Counted from the stretch's first letter, positions 38,535 to 49,311 are shown. The stretch is DNA of 64,000 nt from an uncultured Spirochaetota bacterium (GCA_963745235.1 CAVUXE010000052.1:274009-338008); one strand, 5' to 3'. Notes: generated by a model not told the origin, from the letters alone. Translations and numbers: made by a program.

Positions 38535-39832
38535 GAAAAGCCACTCTGTCTCTGCTCATCGCGGCCGTCCTGATCGCCGTCACGGGCGCAGGGGCCGCAT
38601 TCGCCGCGGACATCCAGGCAAAGATCACTGTCTGGGCCTGGCCATCAGCGGACAAGGCGTTTGATTCGATCATCGCCGGCTTCAACGCGAAGTACCCGGG
38701 CATCCAGGTGACCTGGGAGATGAAACCCGGCCAGGCGGCCGGCACGCGGGACGCGCTGCTGGCGGCAATGGCGGCCGGAGCGGGAGGACCCGATGTCGCG
38801 CTCCTGGAGATCAACGACATCGGCATGTACGCGCTGCACGGCGGGTTCGTCGACCTGCGCCAGCCCCCCTACAATGCGCAAAAGTACAAGGCAGATTTCG
38901 TGGGCTACAAGTGGGACCTGGCAACCGCGCCGGACGGCTCCCTGTTCGCCTTCCCCTGGGACATCGGGCCCGCGGGGATCTTCTATCGCCGCGACCTCCT
39001 GGACAAGGCCGGGGTTCCGTCTGACCCCGATCGCCTGGCAAAGCTCATCAGGACCTGGGATGACTTCGTCGCGGTCGGAAAGAAAGTCAACGATCCGAAA
39101 AACAAGGTCTGGTGGATCGACACGGCGCAGGGGATTCCGTACATCTACTACGCCCACAAGAATTTCTTCGACAAGGACATGAACATCGCCATCGACAGTC
39201 CCACCACGCGCAGGGTGCTCACCATTGCCAAGCAGCTGAGGAACGCGGGAATGGACGCCAAGGCATCCCTGTGGACGGATGAATGGTACACGATGCTCAA
39301 CACGGGCCGCGTTGCCACCAGCATCGTCGGCTGCTGGTTCGGCGGCTTCCTCAAGAGCTGGATCGCCAAGGACACCGGGGGCAAGTGGGGAGTCATCCCC
39401 ATTCCCGAGCAGCCCCTGCAGAACTGGGGCGGGTCGTTCCTCGGCATCCTGCAGACCAGCCAGAACCCGGAGGCGGCGTGGAAGTTCGTGGAGTACGTGT
39501 GCGCGGATGCGGAGGCTGAGAACACCATCATGAAGACGGTGGACTACTTCCCCGCGTACAAGCCCGCATGGAAGGACCCCATGTACGATCAGCCTGATCC
39601 GTTCTTCGGCGGTGAGAAGACGCGCAGGCTCTGGGCGAATATCGCAAGCTCCCAGGGACCTTTCGTCGTTTCTCCCCTCGATGCCCAGGCCGAGCAGGCG
39701 TTCAACGTGGAGCTCGGGAAGTTCCTGGATCAGAACCTCGCCGTGGAGCCGACCATCAAGGCCATGGTGCAGGCAATCGACGAGAAGACCGCAGCGGACC
39801 GCAAGATCGTGCTGCAGATGATGGGACGGTAG
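38531..39832 (+). CDS. Sugar ABC transporter substrate-binding protein
   Basis: Signal peptide, PWDIGPAGIFYRRDL, NWGGSFL. Confidence 0.92.
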   Translation: MRKATLSLLIAAVLIAVTGAGAAFAADIQAKITVWAWPSADKAFDSIIAGFNAKYPGIQVTWEMKPGQAAGTRDALLAAMAAGAGGPDVALLEINDIGMYALHGGFVDLRQPPYNAQKYKADFVGYKWDLATAPDGSLFAFPWDIGPAGIFYRRDLLDKAGVPSDPDRLAKLIRTWDDFVAVGKKVNDPKNKVWWIDTAQGIPYIYYAHKNFFDKDMNIAIDSPTTRRVLTIAKQLRNAGMDAKASLWTDEWYTMLNTGRVATSIVGCWFGGFLKSWIAKDTGGKWGVIPIPEQPLQNWGGSFLGILQTSQNPEAAWKFVEYVCADAEAENTIMKTVDYFPAYKPAWKDPMYDQPDPFFGGEKTRRLWANIASSQGPFVVSPLDAQAEQAFNVELGKFLDQNLAVEPTIKAMVQAIDEKTAADRKIVLQMMGR

Positions 39833-39841
39833 AATGACCTT

Positions 39842-39865
39842 GGGGGCGGCCAGGCCGCCCCCTTT
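39842..39865 (+). terminator. Intercistronic hairpin after the substrate-binding gene
   Basis: GGGGGCGGC-CAG-GCCGCCCCC followed by TTT. Confidence 0.7.
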
Positions 39866-39882
39866 CCCATGAGGACAGGCTG

Positions 39883-40791
39883 ATGAAAATGGCCCGGCAG
39901 CAGATCGGCAAAGTGGTCACCGCGTACACCTACATCGCGCCGTTCTTTCTCCTGTTCCTCCTCTTTGGCCTCTTCCCCATCGTCTACTCGCTTTTCCTCA
40001 GCTTCACGTGGTGGAAAGGGATGGGGAGACAGATCTTCGTCGCCTTCGACAATTACAAGGCCCTCTTCCATGACAGGACTTTCTACAAGGCCCTGTACAA
40101 CACGGCCTACATCTGGGTCTTTGCTCATCTCTTGATCCTTCCCGGAGGCTTCCTCGTCGCATACCTGCTGAACACGGAGTACGTGAAGCGGAAGAACCTG
40201 TTCCAGGCTCTTTTCTTCACGCCCATGGTGACGTCCACCATCGCGGTGTCCCTCGTCTTCTCCACCCTCTTCGGGGAGCAGTTCGGCGTGCTGAACTGGT
40301 TCCTGGAAGGGCTCGGCATTCAGCCGATTTCCTGGTTCCACGGCAACGGCGGGTGGATCAAGCCGGTGATCATCCTTCTCTTTGCCTGGCGGTGGATCGG
40401 GTGGAACATGGTGATCTATTTCGCCGGAATGCAGGGGATAGACCGCGAGCTGTACGAGTGTGCGGCCGTAGAGGGCGCCAACAAGGCCCAGATCCTTGGC
40501 CGCATCACCATCCCGCTCATGAAGCCGGTGATCCTGTATACGCTGGTGCTGTCCTTCATCGGGGGAATGCAGATATTTGACGAGCCGTTCATCCTCACCG
40601 GGGCCTCCTACGGGTATATCGGCGGGACCAACCAGGCGGGGCTGACTCTGGCGACGCAGCTCTACGAGATCGGGTTTCGAACAGGCAACATGGGCACCGC
40701 TTCGGCGCTGGCATACACCATCATGGCAATCATTGCCGTCCTGAGCATCTTCAGCATCCGCCTCTTTGCGGGGAGAGGGGAACGGGTATGA
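39883..40791 (+). CDS. Carbohydrate ABC permease
   Basis: LYECAAVEGA, GGMQIFDEP; TM-rich. Confidence 0.92.
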   Translation: MKMARQQIGKVVTAYTYIAPFFLLFLLFGLFPIVYSLFLSFTWWKGMGRQIFVAFDNYKALFHDRTFYKALYNTAYIWVFAHLLILPGGFLVAYLLNTEYVKRKNLFQALFFTPMVTSTIAVSLVFSTLFGEQFGVLNWFLEGLGIQPISWFHGNGGWIKPVIILLFAWRWIGWNMVIYFAGMQGIDRELYECAAVEGANKAQILGRITIPLMKPVILYTLVLSFIGGMQIFDEPFILTGASYGYIGGTNQAGLTLATQLYEIGFRTGNMGTASALAYTIMAIIAVLSIFSIRLFAGRGERV

Positions 40792-41642
40792 GCGCGCCTG
40801 CGCGGGCCGCTATCGGGAGCCAGGGCATCCGAGCCCTGGTCCTCGCCATGCTGGGACTCCTGGCCGTCCTGACCTTCTTTCCCTTTTATATGATGGTCAT
40901 CCAGGCCACGCACACCTCGGAGGAGATCCTCACCACGCCGCCCCCGCTGGGGCCCGGCGTCCACTCCCTGCACAACTACGCGAAGGTGGTAGCGGTGGTC
41001 CCCTTCTGGAGGAACTTCCTCAACAGCGTGATCGTCTCCAGCAGCATCACGGCGCTGACCCTCCTTTTCTGCTCCCTGGGGGGCTACGCGTTCGCCGTGT
41101 ACCAGTTTCCTCTGAAGCGGCTCCTGTTTGCGACACTCCTGGGCACCATGATGCTTCCCTGGCTCGTGGATCTCATCCCCTGGTTCATCATCGTGACCCG
41201 GCTGCACTGGCTCAATTCCTTCCTGGCCCTGGTGGTCCCCTCCGCGGTGAGCGCCTTCGGAGTATTCTGGATGCGGCAGTACATCTCGTCCAACGTGCCC
41301 ATGGAGCTTCTGGATGCCGCCAGGATCGACGGCTGCCCTGAGGGGCTGATTTTTTTCAGGGTCGTCGTCCCCATCCTGACCCCGGCCCTTGCCGCCCTGG
41401 CCATCATGAACTTCCTGCCGAGCTGGAACAGCTTTTTCTATCCCCTGCTCGTTCTCACGAAGGCGAAGGTCATGACGCTTCCCCTCGTGCTGAATCTCCT
41501 GCGCGGAGATCCGTATCGCGGGATGGATTACGGCGTGCTGATGACCGCGACCACAATGGCGCTGGCGCCTGTCATGATCGTATTCTGGCTGGCTGCCCGC
41601 CGCTTCATCAGCGGCATGACCGCCGGCGCAATCAAGGGGTAA
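40788..41642 (+). CDS. Carbohydrate ABC permease
   Basis: ELLDAARIDG, WNSFFYPL, GMTAGAIKG. Confidence 0.92.
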   Translation: MSAPARAAIGSQGIRALVLAMLGLLAVLTFFPFYMMVIQATHTSEEILTTPPPLGPGVHSLHNYAKVVAVVPFWRNFLNSVIVSSSITALTLLFCSLGGYAFAVYQFPLKRLLFATLLGTMMLPWLVDLIPWFIIVTRLHWLNSFLALVVPSAVSAFGVFWMRQYISSNVPMELLDAARIDGCPEGLIFFRVVVPILTPALAALAIMNFLPSWNSFFYPLLVLTKAKVMTLPLVLNLLRGDPYRGMDYGVLMTATTMALAPVMIVFWLAARRFISGMTAGAIKG

Positions 41643-41645
41643 TGT

Positions 41646-43649
41646 ATGTATTTTGGAACAGCCTGGTATCCGGAGCACATCTCATCCGACCGCTGGGACA
41701 GCGATGCGGCCCTCATGGAACGCGCGGGGTTCAACGTGGCGCGGCTTGCCGAGTTCGCGTGGGCATTCATGGAACCAGAGGAGGGGACCTTCCGATTGGG
41801 GTGGCTCGAGGAGGCAATTGCCACCGCGGCCAGGCACGGCATCAAGGTGATTCTTGGCACACCCACGGCGTCCATGCCGGCCTGGGTGGCCCGCAAGCAC
41901 TCCGAATGCCTTGCCGTGGACAGGACCGGCAGGCGCTTTACGTGGGGAGTCCGGCGGAACAACTGTCCTTCTTCCCCCGTGTACCGCCAGCTCTCAGCCA
42001 GCGTCACTCGGGCGATGGCAAAGCGCTTCGGATCCTCTTCCGATGTCATTGGATGGCAGACTGACAACGAGCTTGGAGCTCCGTTCTGCTACTGCGCCTC
42101 CTGCCTGAGCTCCTTCCATGAATGGCTGAAGGCGCGCTACAGCGCGGTCGCGGAGCTCAACCGCGCCTGGGGAACACACTTCTGGGGACACAGCTTCGGC
42201 TGCTGGGAGGAGATCCCGTTCCCCGATGATCTTGCCGCGCAGAACCCCGGCCTGTGTCTCGATTTTCGACGTCATCATTCATGGCTGACGACACGGTTCC
42301 AGGCGGAGCAGGTGCGCATCCTGCGGGAGCTGTGCAGGAATCATTTCGTGACCCACAATCTCATGGGGCTGTACTCGGAAATCGACTACGCGGACCTGGC
42401 CAGGGACCTCGACTTCGTGAGCTGGGACAACTATCCCGTCCAGTTTGCTCCAGAGATACGCTACGACGCCGCTGCCGCGGCTGACATCATGCGGGGGTTG
42501 AAGAAGAGAAGCTTCTGGGTCATGGAGCAGACCGCAGGAGCGCGCGGCTGGGGAACAATGGGCAGGAACCCGCGGCCAGGGGAAATCCGCCAGATTGCCT
42601 ACCAGCAGCTCGCCCACGGGGCGGACTCCCAGCTCCTCTTCGGCTGGAGGACCGCCACGGCAGGCCGGGAGCAATACTGGCACGGCCTCCTGGGGCACGA
42701 CTCGAAACCCGGCCGGCGCTACGAAGAGGCAGCGCAGACGGCGCGGGAGCTTCGCAGAATCTCACCCGAGCTGGAAGGAACCACCGTCCGGGCGGACGTG
42801 GCGATGATTTACGACTATGAAAGCCTCTGGGCCTTCGAGATCCAGCCCTCGTACACGCCCCGGGAGACCGGTGAGCTGAGCGGCGCCTCCAACTATCAGA
42901 ACGCGGTGCGCAGGTACCACAGGGCGCTTTTTCGGGCGGGCGCGGCAGTCGACATGATCCGCGCAACAGACGACTTCTCCCGGTACAAGGTGGTGGTCGC
43001 TCCGCACCTGTTCATCCTCAGCGACACCGCCGCGAAGGGCCTCTCTGAGTTTGTGCGCACGGGCGGCGTCCTTGTCAGCGACTGCAGGACGGCCGTCAAG
43101 GACGAATCGGGGTTGTGCCACGCCCGGACCCTTCCCGGGTTGCTGAGCGAGGCCCTGGGGATTTCCATCGATGAGTACGAGGCCCTGGATCAGACCATGA
43201 AATATGCCCTGGCGTGCAAGGCGCCGTTCTCCACGGAAAAGTCCTATACCGGCATCTCATTCTCGGATTGGGTGATCCCCGCCGGAGCAGAGGTTCTTGC
43301 CGGATACAGGGAATGGCACGCCAATCGGTATGCCGCGGTGACCCGCAACCGTTTCGGCAGCGGGCTCGGCTATTACGTGGGGACTATCGTGGAGCAGGAG
43401 AGCTTCTACGATGAGCTGATGTCAGAGGTTCTTGACCGCGCGGGGGTTGTCCCGGTCGTGAAACCGCCCCACGGCGTGGAGGCGATGACCCGCGAGGACG
43501 ACGGGAAAAGAATCCTCTTCCTGATCAACCATGCTGAGCTGCCTCGAACGCTCGAAGTGCCCGCGGGGAAGCGGGAGCTGATCAGCGGAAAAGTCACGGA
43601 TGAGAAGGCAACGCTTGATCCGTTCGGAGTGATGGTTATCAGGCTCTGA
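41646..43649 (+). CDS. GH42 beta-galactosidase
   Basis: YPEH, RLAEFAW..MEP, WQTDNE, THNLMG, SWDNYP, FWVMEQ. Confidence 0.93.
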   Translation: MYFGTAWYPEHISSDRWDSDAALMERAGFNVARLAEFAWAFMEPEEGTFRLGWLEEAIATAARHGIKVILGTPTASMPAWVARKHSECLAVDRTGRRFTWGVRRNNCPSSPVYRQLSASVTRAMAKRFGSSSDVIGWQTDNELGAPFCYCASCLSSFHEWLKARYSAVAELNRAWGTHFWGHSFGCWEEIPFPDDLAAQNPGLCLDFRRHHSWLTTRFQAEQVRILRELCRNHFVTHNLMGLYSEIDYADLARDLDFVSWDNYPVQFAPEIRYDAAAAADIMRGLKKRSFWVMEQTAGARGWGTMGRNPRPGEIRQIAYQQLAHGADSQLLFGWRTATAGREQYWHGLLGHDSKPGRRYEEAAQTARELRRISPELEGTTVRADVAMIYDYESLWAFEIQPSYTPRETGELSGASNYQNAVRRYHRALFRAGAAVDMIRATDDFSRYKVVVAPHLFILSDTAAKGLSEFVRTGGVLVSDCRTAVKDESGLCHARTLPGLLSEALGISIDEYEALDQTMKYALACKAPFSTEKSYTGISFSDWVIPAGAEVLAGYREWHANRYAAVTRNRFGSGLGYYVGTIVEQESFYDELMSEVLDRAGVVPVVKPPHGVEAMTREDDGKRILFLINHAELPRTLEVPAGKRELISGKVTDEKATLDPFGVMVIRL

Positions 43650-43679
43650 GCACCGTTTTCAGCAGTACTTTAGTCACGT

Positions 43680-45983
43680 ATGGAAAAAAAGAGCGTCGCA
43701 CGACGGTCCGGCCCTCTGCATATCACCCCGCTTCGCTACCACGAGGAAGGGAAGCCCGGGAAGATAGAGGTAGTCCCGACCAAGCCGGTCTCCTCGCAAT
43801 ATGATCTTGCCCTCGCCTACTCGCCCGGCGTGGCCGAGCCCTGTCGGGCCATCGCCGCGGACCCTGACGCCTCCTACCGCTATACGGCGAAAGGGAACCT
43901 TGTTGCCGTGGTGACCAACGGCTCGGCGGTGCTCGGCCTCGGGAACATAGGCGCTCGGGCCGCGAAGCCGGTCATGGAGGGCAAGGGTGTCCTCTTCAAG
44001 CGGTTCGCCGGCATCGACGTGTTCGACCTGGAGGTGGACTGCGATGATCCTGAGACCTTCATCGGGATTGTCCGCTCCCTGGAGCCGACCTTCGGCGGCA
44101 TCAACCTCGAAGACATAAAGTCTCCCGAATGCTTTGCGATCGAGGAGGAGCTCCGACGCCGCTGCTCCATTCCCGTCATGCATGACGACCAGCACGGCAC
44201 GGCCATCATCTCGGGCGCGGGGCTCATGAACGGCCTGACCCTGCAGAAGAAGCGGATCGAGGATGCGCAGATCGTGATGCTGGGCGCCGGAGCAGCGGCG
44301 CTTGCATGCGCCAGGTTCTACCTGCTCCTGGGGGCTCGGCGGGAGAACATCGTTGTGGTGGACAAGGACGGCGTGGTTCGAAAAGGCGATGTGGAGGCGA
44401 ACGACGTGCGCGCTCCCTTTGCCACGGACCGCGCGGTTCGCACCCTCGGCGAGGCTCTCGCGGGGGCGGACGTGCTGGTGGGGCTTTCTGTGGGCGGCAT
44501 CGTGCGACCCGAGCACCTCGCGCGGATGGCGCCGAACCCCATCGTGTTCGCCCTGGCGAACCCGGATCCCGAAATCGACTATGAATCAGCCGTCGCCTCC
44601 CGGCCGGATGCAATTGTGGCGACCGGAAGGAGCGATTGGCCCAACCAGGTGAACAATGTGCTCGGATTCCCCTTCATCTTCCGCGGGGCCCTCGACGTCG
44701 GGGCTCGGGAGATCAACGAGCAAATGAAGCTTGCCGCCGCGCATGCGCTGGCGGACCTCGCGCGGGAGCCTGTCCCGGACGCGGTGACGCGCGCTTACGC
44801 GGGCACCGAGCTCGGCTTCGGCCGCGACTACCTCATTCCGAAGCCTCTGGACCCGCGCCTCCTGACCACCGTCGCTCCCGCCGTGGCCCGAGCGGCCATG
44901 GAGTCCGGAGCAGCGCGCAAGGCAATCACCGACTGGCGGCAGTATGAGGCGGAGCTCCTGAGCCGGGTCGGCATTGACCAGAAGCTGGTGACCGGGATCG
45001 TGAACCGGGCGCGCAAGGAGCCCAAGCGCGTGGTGTTCGCCGAGGCTGATACCTACAATGTGCTGAAGGCCGCGCAGATCGTGCGCGACCAGGGGGTTGC
45101 GGAGCCCGTGCTCCTGGGCAACCGGGACCGCATCAGCGAGCTGATCCTGGGCCACCAGATCGAAGGGCTCGAAGGCTGCGAGGTCCTGGACCCGGCCGGC
45201 GAAGGGCTCATGCTGGATGAGTATGCCGAGGTGCTGTACCAGAAAAGGCAGCGTAAGGGCGTCACCCACTACGATGCGCGCAAGTCCATGACAGACCGCA
45301 ACTACTTCGGCTGCGCCATGCTGGCCCTCGGGCGCGTCGACGCGCTCATTTCCGGGATGACAAAGGAGTATCCGAAGATCATCCGTCCCGCGCTGCAGGT
45401 CATCGGGCCCCAGCGGGGGGTGCGCAAGGTGGCCGGGATGTACATCGTCAACTCCTCCCGCGGGGTCTATTTCTGTGCCGACACCACGGTCAACATGAAC
45501 CCTTCCGTGGAGGACCTGGTGGACATCATCGGGTTGACTGCGCGGACGGTGCGGTTCTTCGACGTGGAGCCGGTTGTCGCGATGCTCTCCTACTCGAACT
45601 TCGGCTCCACCCGGGCGGAGGAATCCGACAGGTGCAGGGACGCCGTGATGGCCGCAAAGAGCCGCTACCCCGGTCTCGCCATTGATGGCGAGATCCAGGC
45701 GAACATCGCCCTGGACACCGAGCTCCTCGCGGAGACGTACCCCTTCAGCGACCTGGTGGCCAGGCGGGTGAACACCCTGATCTTCCCGAACCTCTCCGCG
45801 GGCAATATCGCCTACAAGCTGCTGCACGAGATAGGCGGCGCGGAGATCATCGGACCTGTGCTCATGGGAATGGCGCGGCCGGTGCACATCCTGCAGCTCG
45901 GGTCCTCGGTGCGGGAGATCGTCAACATGACCGCCCTTGCGGTGGTGGAAGCCCAGCGCAACAGGGAGGAGCGCGCGGGGTAG
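43680..45983 (+). CDS. maeB: NADP-dependent malic enzyme with PTA-like C-terminal domain
   Basis: LALAYSPGVAEPC, KPVMEGKGVLFK, INLEDI, HDDQHGTAI, C-terminal LSYSNFGS and IFPNLSAGNI. Confidence 0.95.
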   Translation: MEKKSVARRSGPLHITPLRYHEEGKPGKIEVVPTKPVSSQYDLALAYSPGVAEPCRAIAADPDASYRYTAKGNLVAVVTNGSAVLGLGNIGARAAKPVMEGKGVLFKRFAGIDVFDLEVDCDDPETFIGIVRSLEPTFGGINLEDIKSPECFAIEEELRRRCSIPVMHDDQHGTAIISGAGLMNGLTLQKKRIEDAQIVMLGAGAAALACARFYLLLGARRENIVVVDKDGVVRKGDVEANDVRAPFATDRAVRTLGEALAGADVLVGLSVGGIVRPEHLARMAPNPIVFALANPDPEIDYESAVASRPDAIVATGRSDWPNQVNNVLGFPFIFRGALDVGAREINEQMKLAAAHALADLAREPVPDAVTRAYAGTELGFGRDYLIPKPLDPRLLTTVAPAVARAAMESGAARKAITDWRQYEAELLSRVGIDQKLVTGIVNRARKEPKRVVFAEADTYNVLKAAQIVRDQGVAEPVLLGNRDRISELILGHQIEGLEGCEVLDPAGEGLMLDEYAEVLYQKRQRKGVTHYDARKSMTDRNYFGCAMLALGRVDALISGMTKEYPKIIRPALQVIGPQRGVRKVAGMYIVNSSRGVYFCADTTVNMNPSVEDLVDIIGLTARTVRFFDVEPVVAMLSYSNFGSTRAEESDRCRDAVMAAKSRYPGLAIDGEIQANIALDTELLAETYPFSDLVARRVNTLIFPNLSAGNIAYKLLHEIGGAEIIGPVLMGMARPVHILQLGSSVREIVNMTALAVVEAQRNREERAG

Positions 45984-46027
45984 GAACGGCTCGGATGAGC
46001 CCGGGTGGCCCGCGGCATGCCGGCGCC

Positions 46028-46747
46028 TCAACGGCCCGCGATGCCGAAGTAGGCCTCGCGGATTGCCTTGTTCGCTCGCACTTCCTGGACCGTTCCCGCA
46101 AAGCTGATGCGTCCTCCGTCGAGCACGTAGACGCGGTCCGCTATCTCCAGGAACTTCACATTCTGCTCCGCGATGAGGAGGCTTGCCCCTCCGGTGCGAA
46201 GCTTGACGAGCATCCTGATGACCTCTGCCACGAAGCGCGGAGAAAGGCCCGACGAGGGCTCATCCATGATGACAAGGCGCGGGCCCGCCATGAGCGCCTT
46301 CGCCACGCCCAGCATCTTGCGCTGTCCGCCGGAGAGGGCCCCCGCGGAATGGTGACGATGCCTGGCCAGGTCCGGGAAGAGCAGGAAGAACTCCTCGGAG
46401 CGCGCCCTGACTGCCTCCCGCGGCTGATGGTAGCCGCCCAGGGACAGGTTCTCCTCGACCGAGAGGTTCGTGAATACCCCCATCTCTGTCATGAAGGAGA
46501 TGCCCAGGCGAATCTTCTGGTCAGTGCGAAGCCCCTCGATGCGCCGGCCCTGGAAAGCCACCTGTCCCTGTCGAAGCGGTTCCAGGCCGACCAGGGTCTT
46601 GAGCAGCGTTGTCTTGCCCGCGCCGTTGGGTCCCAGGAGCACGACGCTCTCCCCCACCCCGACCCGCAGACCCACATCCCAGAGGACCTGCATGGCGCCG
46701 TAGCCGCCGCTCAGGCCGCTCACCTCCAGCACGTTCCTATCCTCCAA
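46028..46747 (-). CDS. Branched-chain-amino-acid-type ABC ATPase (LivF-like)
   Basis: GPNGAGKT, LSGGQ, IMDEPSSGLSP, AEQN. Confidence 0.9.
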   Translation of the reverse strand: MEDRNVLEVSGLSGGYGAMQVLWDVGLRVGVGESVVLLGPNGAGKTTLLKTLVGLEPLRQGQVAFQGRRIEGLRTDQKIRLGISFMTEMGVFTNLSVEENLSLGGYHQPREAVRARSEEFFLLFPDLARHRHHSAGALSGGQRKMLGVAKALMAGPRLVIMDEPSSGLSPRFVAEVIRMLVKLRTGGASLLIAEQNVKFLEIADRVYVLDGGRISFAGTVQEVRANKAIREAYFGIAGR

Positions 46748-47446
46748 GGAAGACCTCGATCACCACGGGATCGGAAGCGGCTGCGGACAAGGTGCCCTCG
46801 AAAATCTTCGTCCCGGCGTTCATGACCAGAACGCGGGAGGTGAGCTGGTTCAGGAAGGCCAGGAGATGTTCGACCACGACCAGGGCGATGCCGGACCTGG
46901 CCAGGCTGAGCAGCTTCTCCGCCACCTGGTCCAGCTCCTTCGGTCCCAGCCCCGCGGCGAGCTCATCCACAAGCAGCGCGCGCGGCGCGGTGGCAAGGGA
47001 ACGAGCGAGGTCGAGCATCTTCTGCTGGCCCACGTTCAAGCTCCCTGCCCGGGCGATCAGCCGCCTCCGTCGAGGCCGGCAAGCTCGAGAGCCTTCTCCG
47101 CCTGCTCGGCGGCCCGTCCCGTATTCCATGCGGCAACCAGCACGTTTTCCCGCACCGTCAGGGTTCGGAAGGGCTTGGGCACCTGGAAGGTGCGATTGAG
47201 CCCGGCGCGGGCAAGGCGGTGCGCGGCCAGACCGGTAACCCGCCGCCCGTCCAGCAGGACCTCGCCCCGATCGGGCCGGGAAAGCCCGGAGATCAGGTTG
47301 ACGAGCGTCGTCTTGCCGGAGCCGTTGGGCCCGACCAGGCCCATGATCTCTCCGGCCTTCAGCTCCAGGCTGATGCCGTCCACCGCCTTCAAGCTCGCGA
47401 AGCTCTTGACGAGGTCCCGCGCGACCAGGACCGTGTCAGAGGACAT
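46737..47446 (-). CDS. ABC ATPase (LivG-like), frameshift near 47065
   Basis: GPNGSGKT and RTFQ in one frame; LVDELAAGL and VVEH in another. Confidence 0.85.
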
Positions 47447-48353
47447 TTCTTCCAGCCCTCCTGGCAAGAGAGGCGATCCCCTGGGGCAGGAAGAGGACCA
47501 GTATCATGATCAGCACGCCGTAGATGAGCTGGAAATATTGAGGCTCGGTTATTCCAATCAGGTTGTAGACACCATAGAGGGCCACCACGCCGAAGATCGG
47601 GCCAAGCACGGTGCCCGCGCCACCGAACAGGCAGAAGACGATGGCGAAGATGGAGATGCTGGGGTCGAACACGGAATCCGGATAAAAGACCGATATCTGC
47701 CACGCGAAGGCCGCCCCGGTCAGACCGGCAAGAAGTGCGCTCCCGGCAAGGGCCAGCATCCTTTGCCGCCCCACGTTGATTCCGGCCATCTCCGCGCTCA
47801 GCGAGTCGTCACGAACCGCTTTCAGGGAGAGCCCGAGGTGGGAGCGCTTCAGATAGATGACCACCGCCATGGCGAGCCCGGTGATGACCGCCATCGTCAG
47901 GTAGCTCCCGGTGGGATTGAAGATCACCGAAAGGTTGATTCCGTACGGCCCCTTGGTGATCGCCGTCAGGTCGGGGTTGGCGATGATGGAGTAGACGATT
48001 TCCGCGGCGGCCAGGGTGGCGACTGCGAAGTACGCGCCGGACAGGCGCAGAAGAGGGGAGAGGACAAGGCTCAGAACGAGCGCCGTCAGGCCTCCGAACA
48101 GCACCGCCACGGGAGCTGGCACGTGGAGGAACAGGACCGAGAGGGCTGCGCCATAGGCCCCGGCTCCGAAGAGGCCCATGTACCCGAAGGGCAGATAGCC
48201 CGTGAAGCCGTAGATGATGTTGATCCCTTGGGAAAGAGTGAAAAAAACCATCACGTTGAAGAGGAGCAGCCGGTTGTTGTACACGCGGGGCAGCAGGGCA
48301 AAAACTACGGGGATCAGAATGACGAGCGCAATGTCGCGAACGGCCGCGGTCAA
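47436..48353 (-). CDS. ABC permease (LivM-like); the start may be the in-frame ACG at 48413
   Basis: GFTGYLPFG, RLSGAYFAVATL, FGGAGTVLGP. Confidence 0.9.
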   Translation of the reverse strand: MTAAVRDIALVILIPVVFALLPRVYNNRLLLFNVMVFFTLSQGINIIYGFTGYLPFGYMGLFGAGAYGAALSVLFLHVPAPVAVLFGGLTALVLSLVLSPLLRLSGAYFAVATLAAAEIVYSIIANPDLTAITKGPYGINLSVIFNPTGSYLTMAVITGLAMAVVIYLKRSHLGLSLKAVRDDSLSAEMAGINVGRQRMLALAGSALLAGLTGAAFAWQISVFYPDSVFDPSISIFAIVFCLFGGAGTVLGPIFGVVALYGVYNLIGITEPQYFQLIYGVLIMILVLFLPQGIASLARRAGRNVL

Positions 48354-48405
48354 ACCGATGCGGGAGAGGCGCGCGCGCCGGATATCGCGCTCCGCACCAT
48401 GCGCC

Positions 48406-49281
48406 TTAGACGTGGCGGACCTCCTTTCCGAGTATGCCGCTCGGCCTGAGGAGGAGCGTTGCCACCAGGAGGACGTAGGGGAGGACGTTTGCCCAGGAGG
48501 ACAGGTAGCTCTCCATCACCATCAGCCCGATGCCGTAGATAAGCCCGCCCAGGACCGTACCCACGGGATCACCCAGTCCGCCCAGGACCACGACGGCAAA
48601 GGCGGTGATAATGATGCCTCCGCCGAAGTTTGCGCTGACGGAGCCAAGCATGAACAGGCTCAGCATCCCGGCAACGGAAGCGAGGAACAGCCCGATCCCG
48701 AACGCGAGAGCGGAGATCAGGTCCACGTTGACTCCGCTGGCGGCCGCCTCCTGCCGGCTCGCCATGACCGCCCGCGTGGCATAGCCGGCCCGGGTCCGGT
48801 AGAGATAGAGATAGACGAGAATGATCAGGAAGAGGCTGACCATGGCGCTCACCGCCCAGGCCGCGGGAAAGGTCTGGCCAAGGAAGTGCAGCGGGTGTCT
48901 GCCGAACACGGGTTGGGAGATGGAATGCGGATCGTTTCCAAACGCAATCACCCCCAGCGCCTCGATGACCTGCGAGAGCCCGAAGAACAGGACGAGTGAA
49001 ATCATGTCGAAGTCCTTCAAGCCGACGAGGCGGGGCACGAGGACGTAGTAAAGGGCGACACCTGCGAGCACGAACGCCACACCCTGGACGGGCACAGCGA
49101 CCAGGGGATTCCATCCCAGGAGCTGCCACGCCCAGAATGCCCCGAAGGCGCCGAGCATCATGAAGTTTCCGTGGGCCAGGTTCACGATCCGCGTGACCCC
49201 GAAGACGAGATTCAGCCCCAGACCGACCAGGCCGAAGAAGAGCCCGAAAAGTATTCCGGCGAGCAGCGAAAACTCTAGCAT
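48406..49281 (-). CDS. ABC permease (LivH-like)
   Basis: GLNLVFGVTRIVNLAHG, AFAVVVLGGLG, RPSGILG. Confidence 0.92.
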   Translation of the reverse strand: MLEFSLLAGILFGLFFGLVGLGLNLVFGVTRIVNLAHGNFMMLGAFGAFWAWQLLGWNPLVAVPVQGVAFVLAGVALYYVLVPRLVGLKDFDMISLVLFFGLSQVIEALGVIAFGNDPHSISQPVFGRHPLHFLGQTFPAAWAVSAMVSLFLIILVYLYLYRTRAGYATRAVMASRQEAAASGVNVDLISALAFGIGLFLASVAGMLSLFMLGSVSANFGGGIIITAFAVVVLGGLGDPVGTVLGGLIYGIGLMVMESYLSSWANVLPYVLLVATLLLRPSGILGKEVRHV

Positions 49282-49311
49282 ACCAGGCGAGCTGGTATCG
49301 CCTGATCCGGC

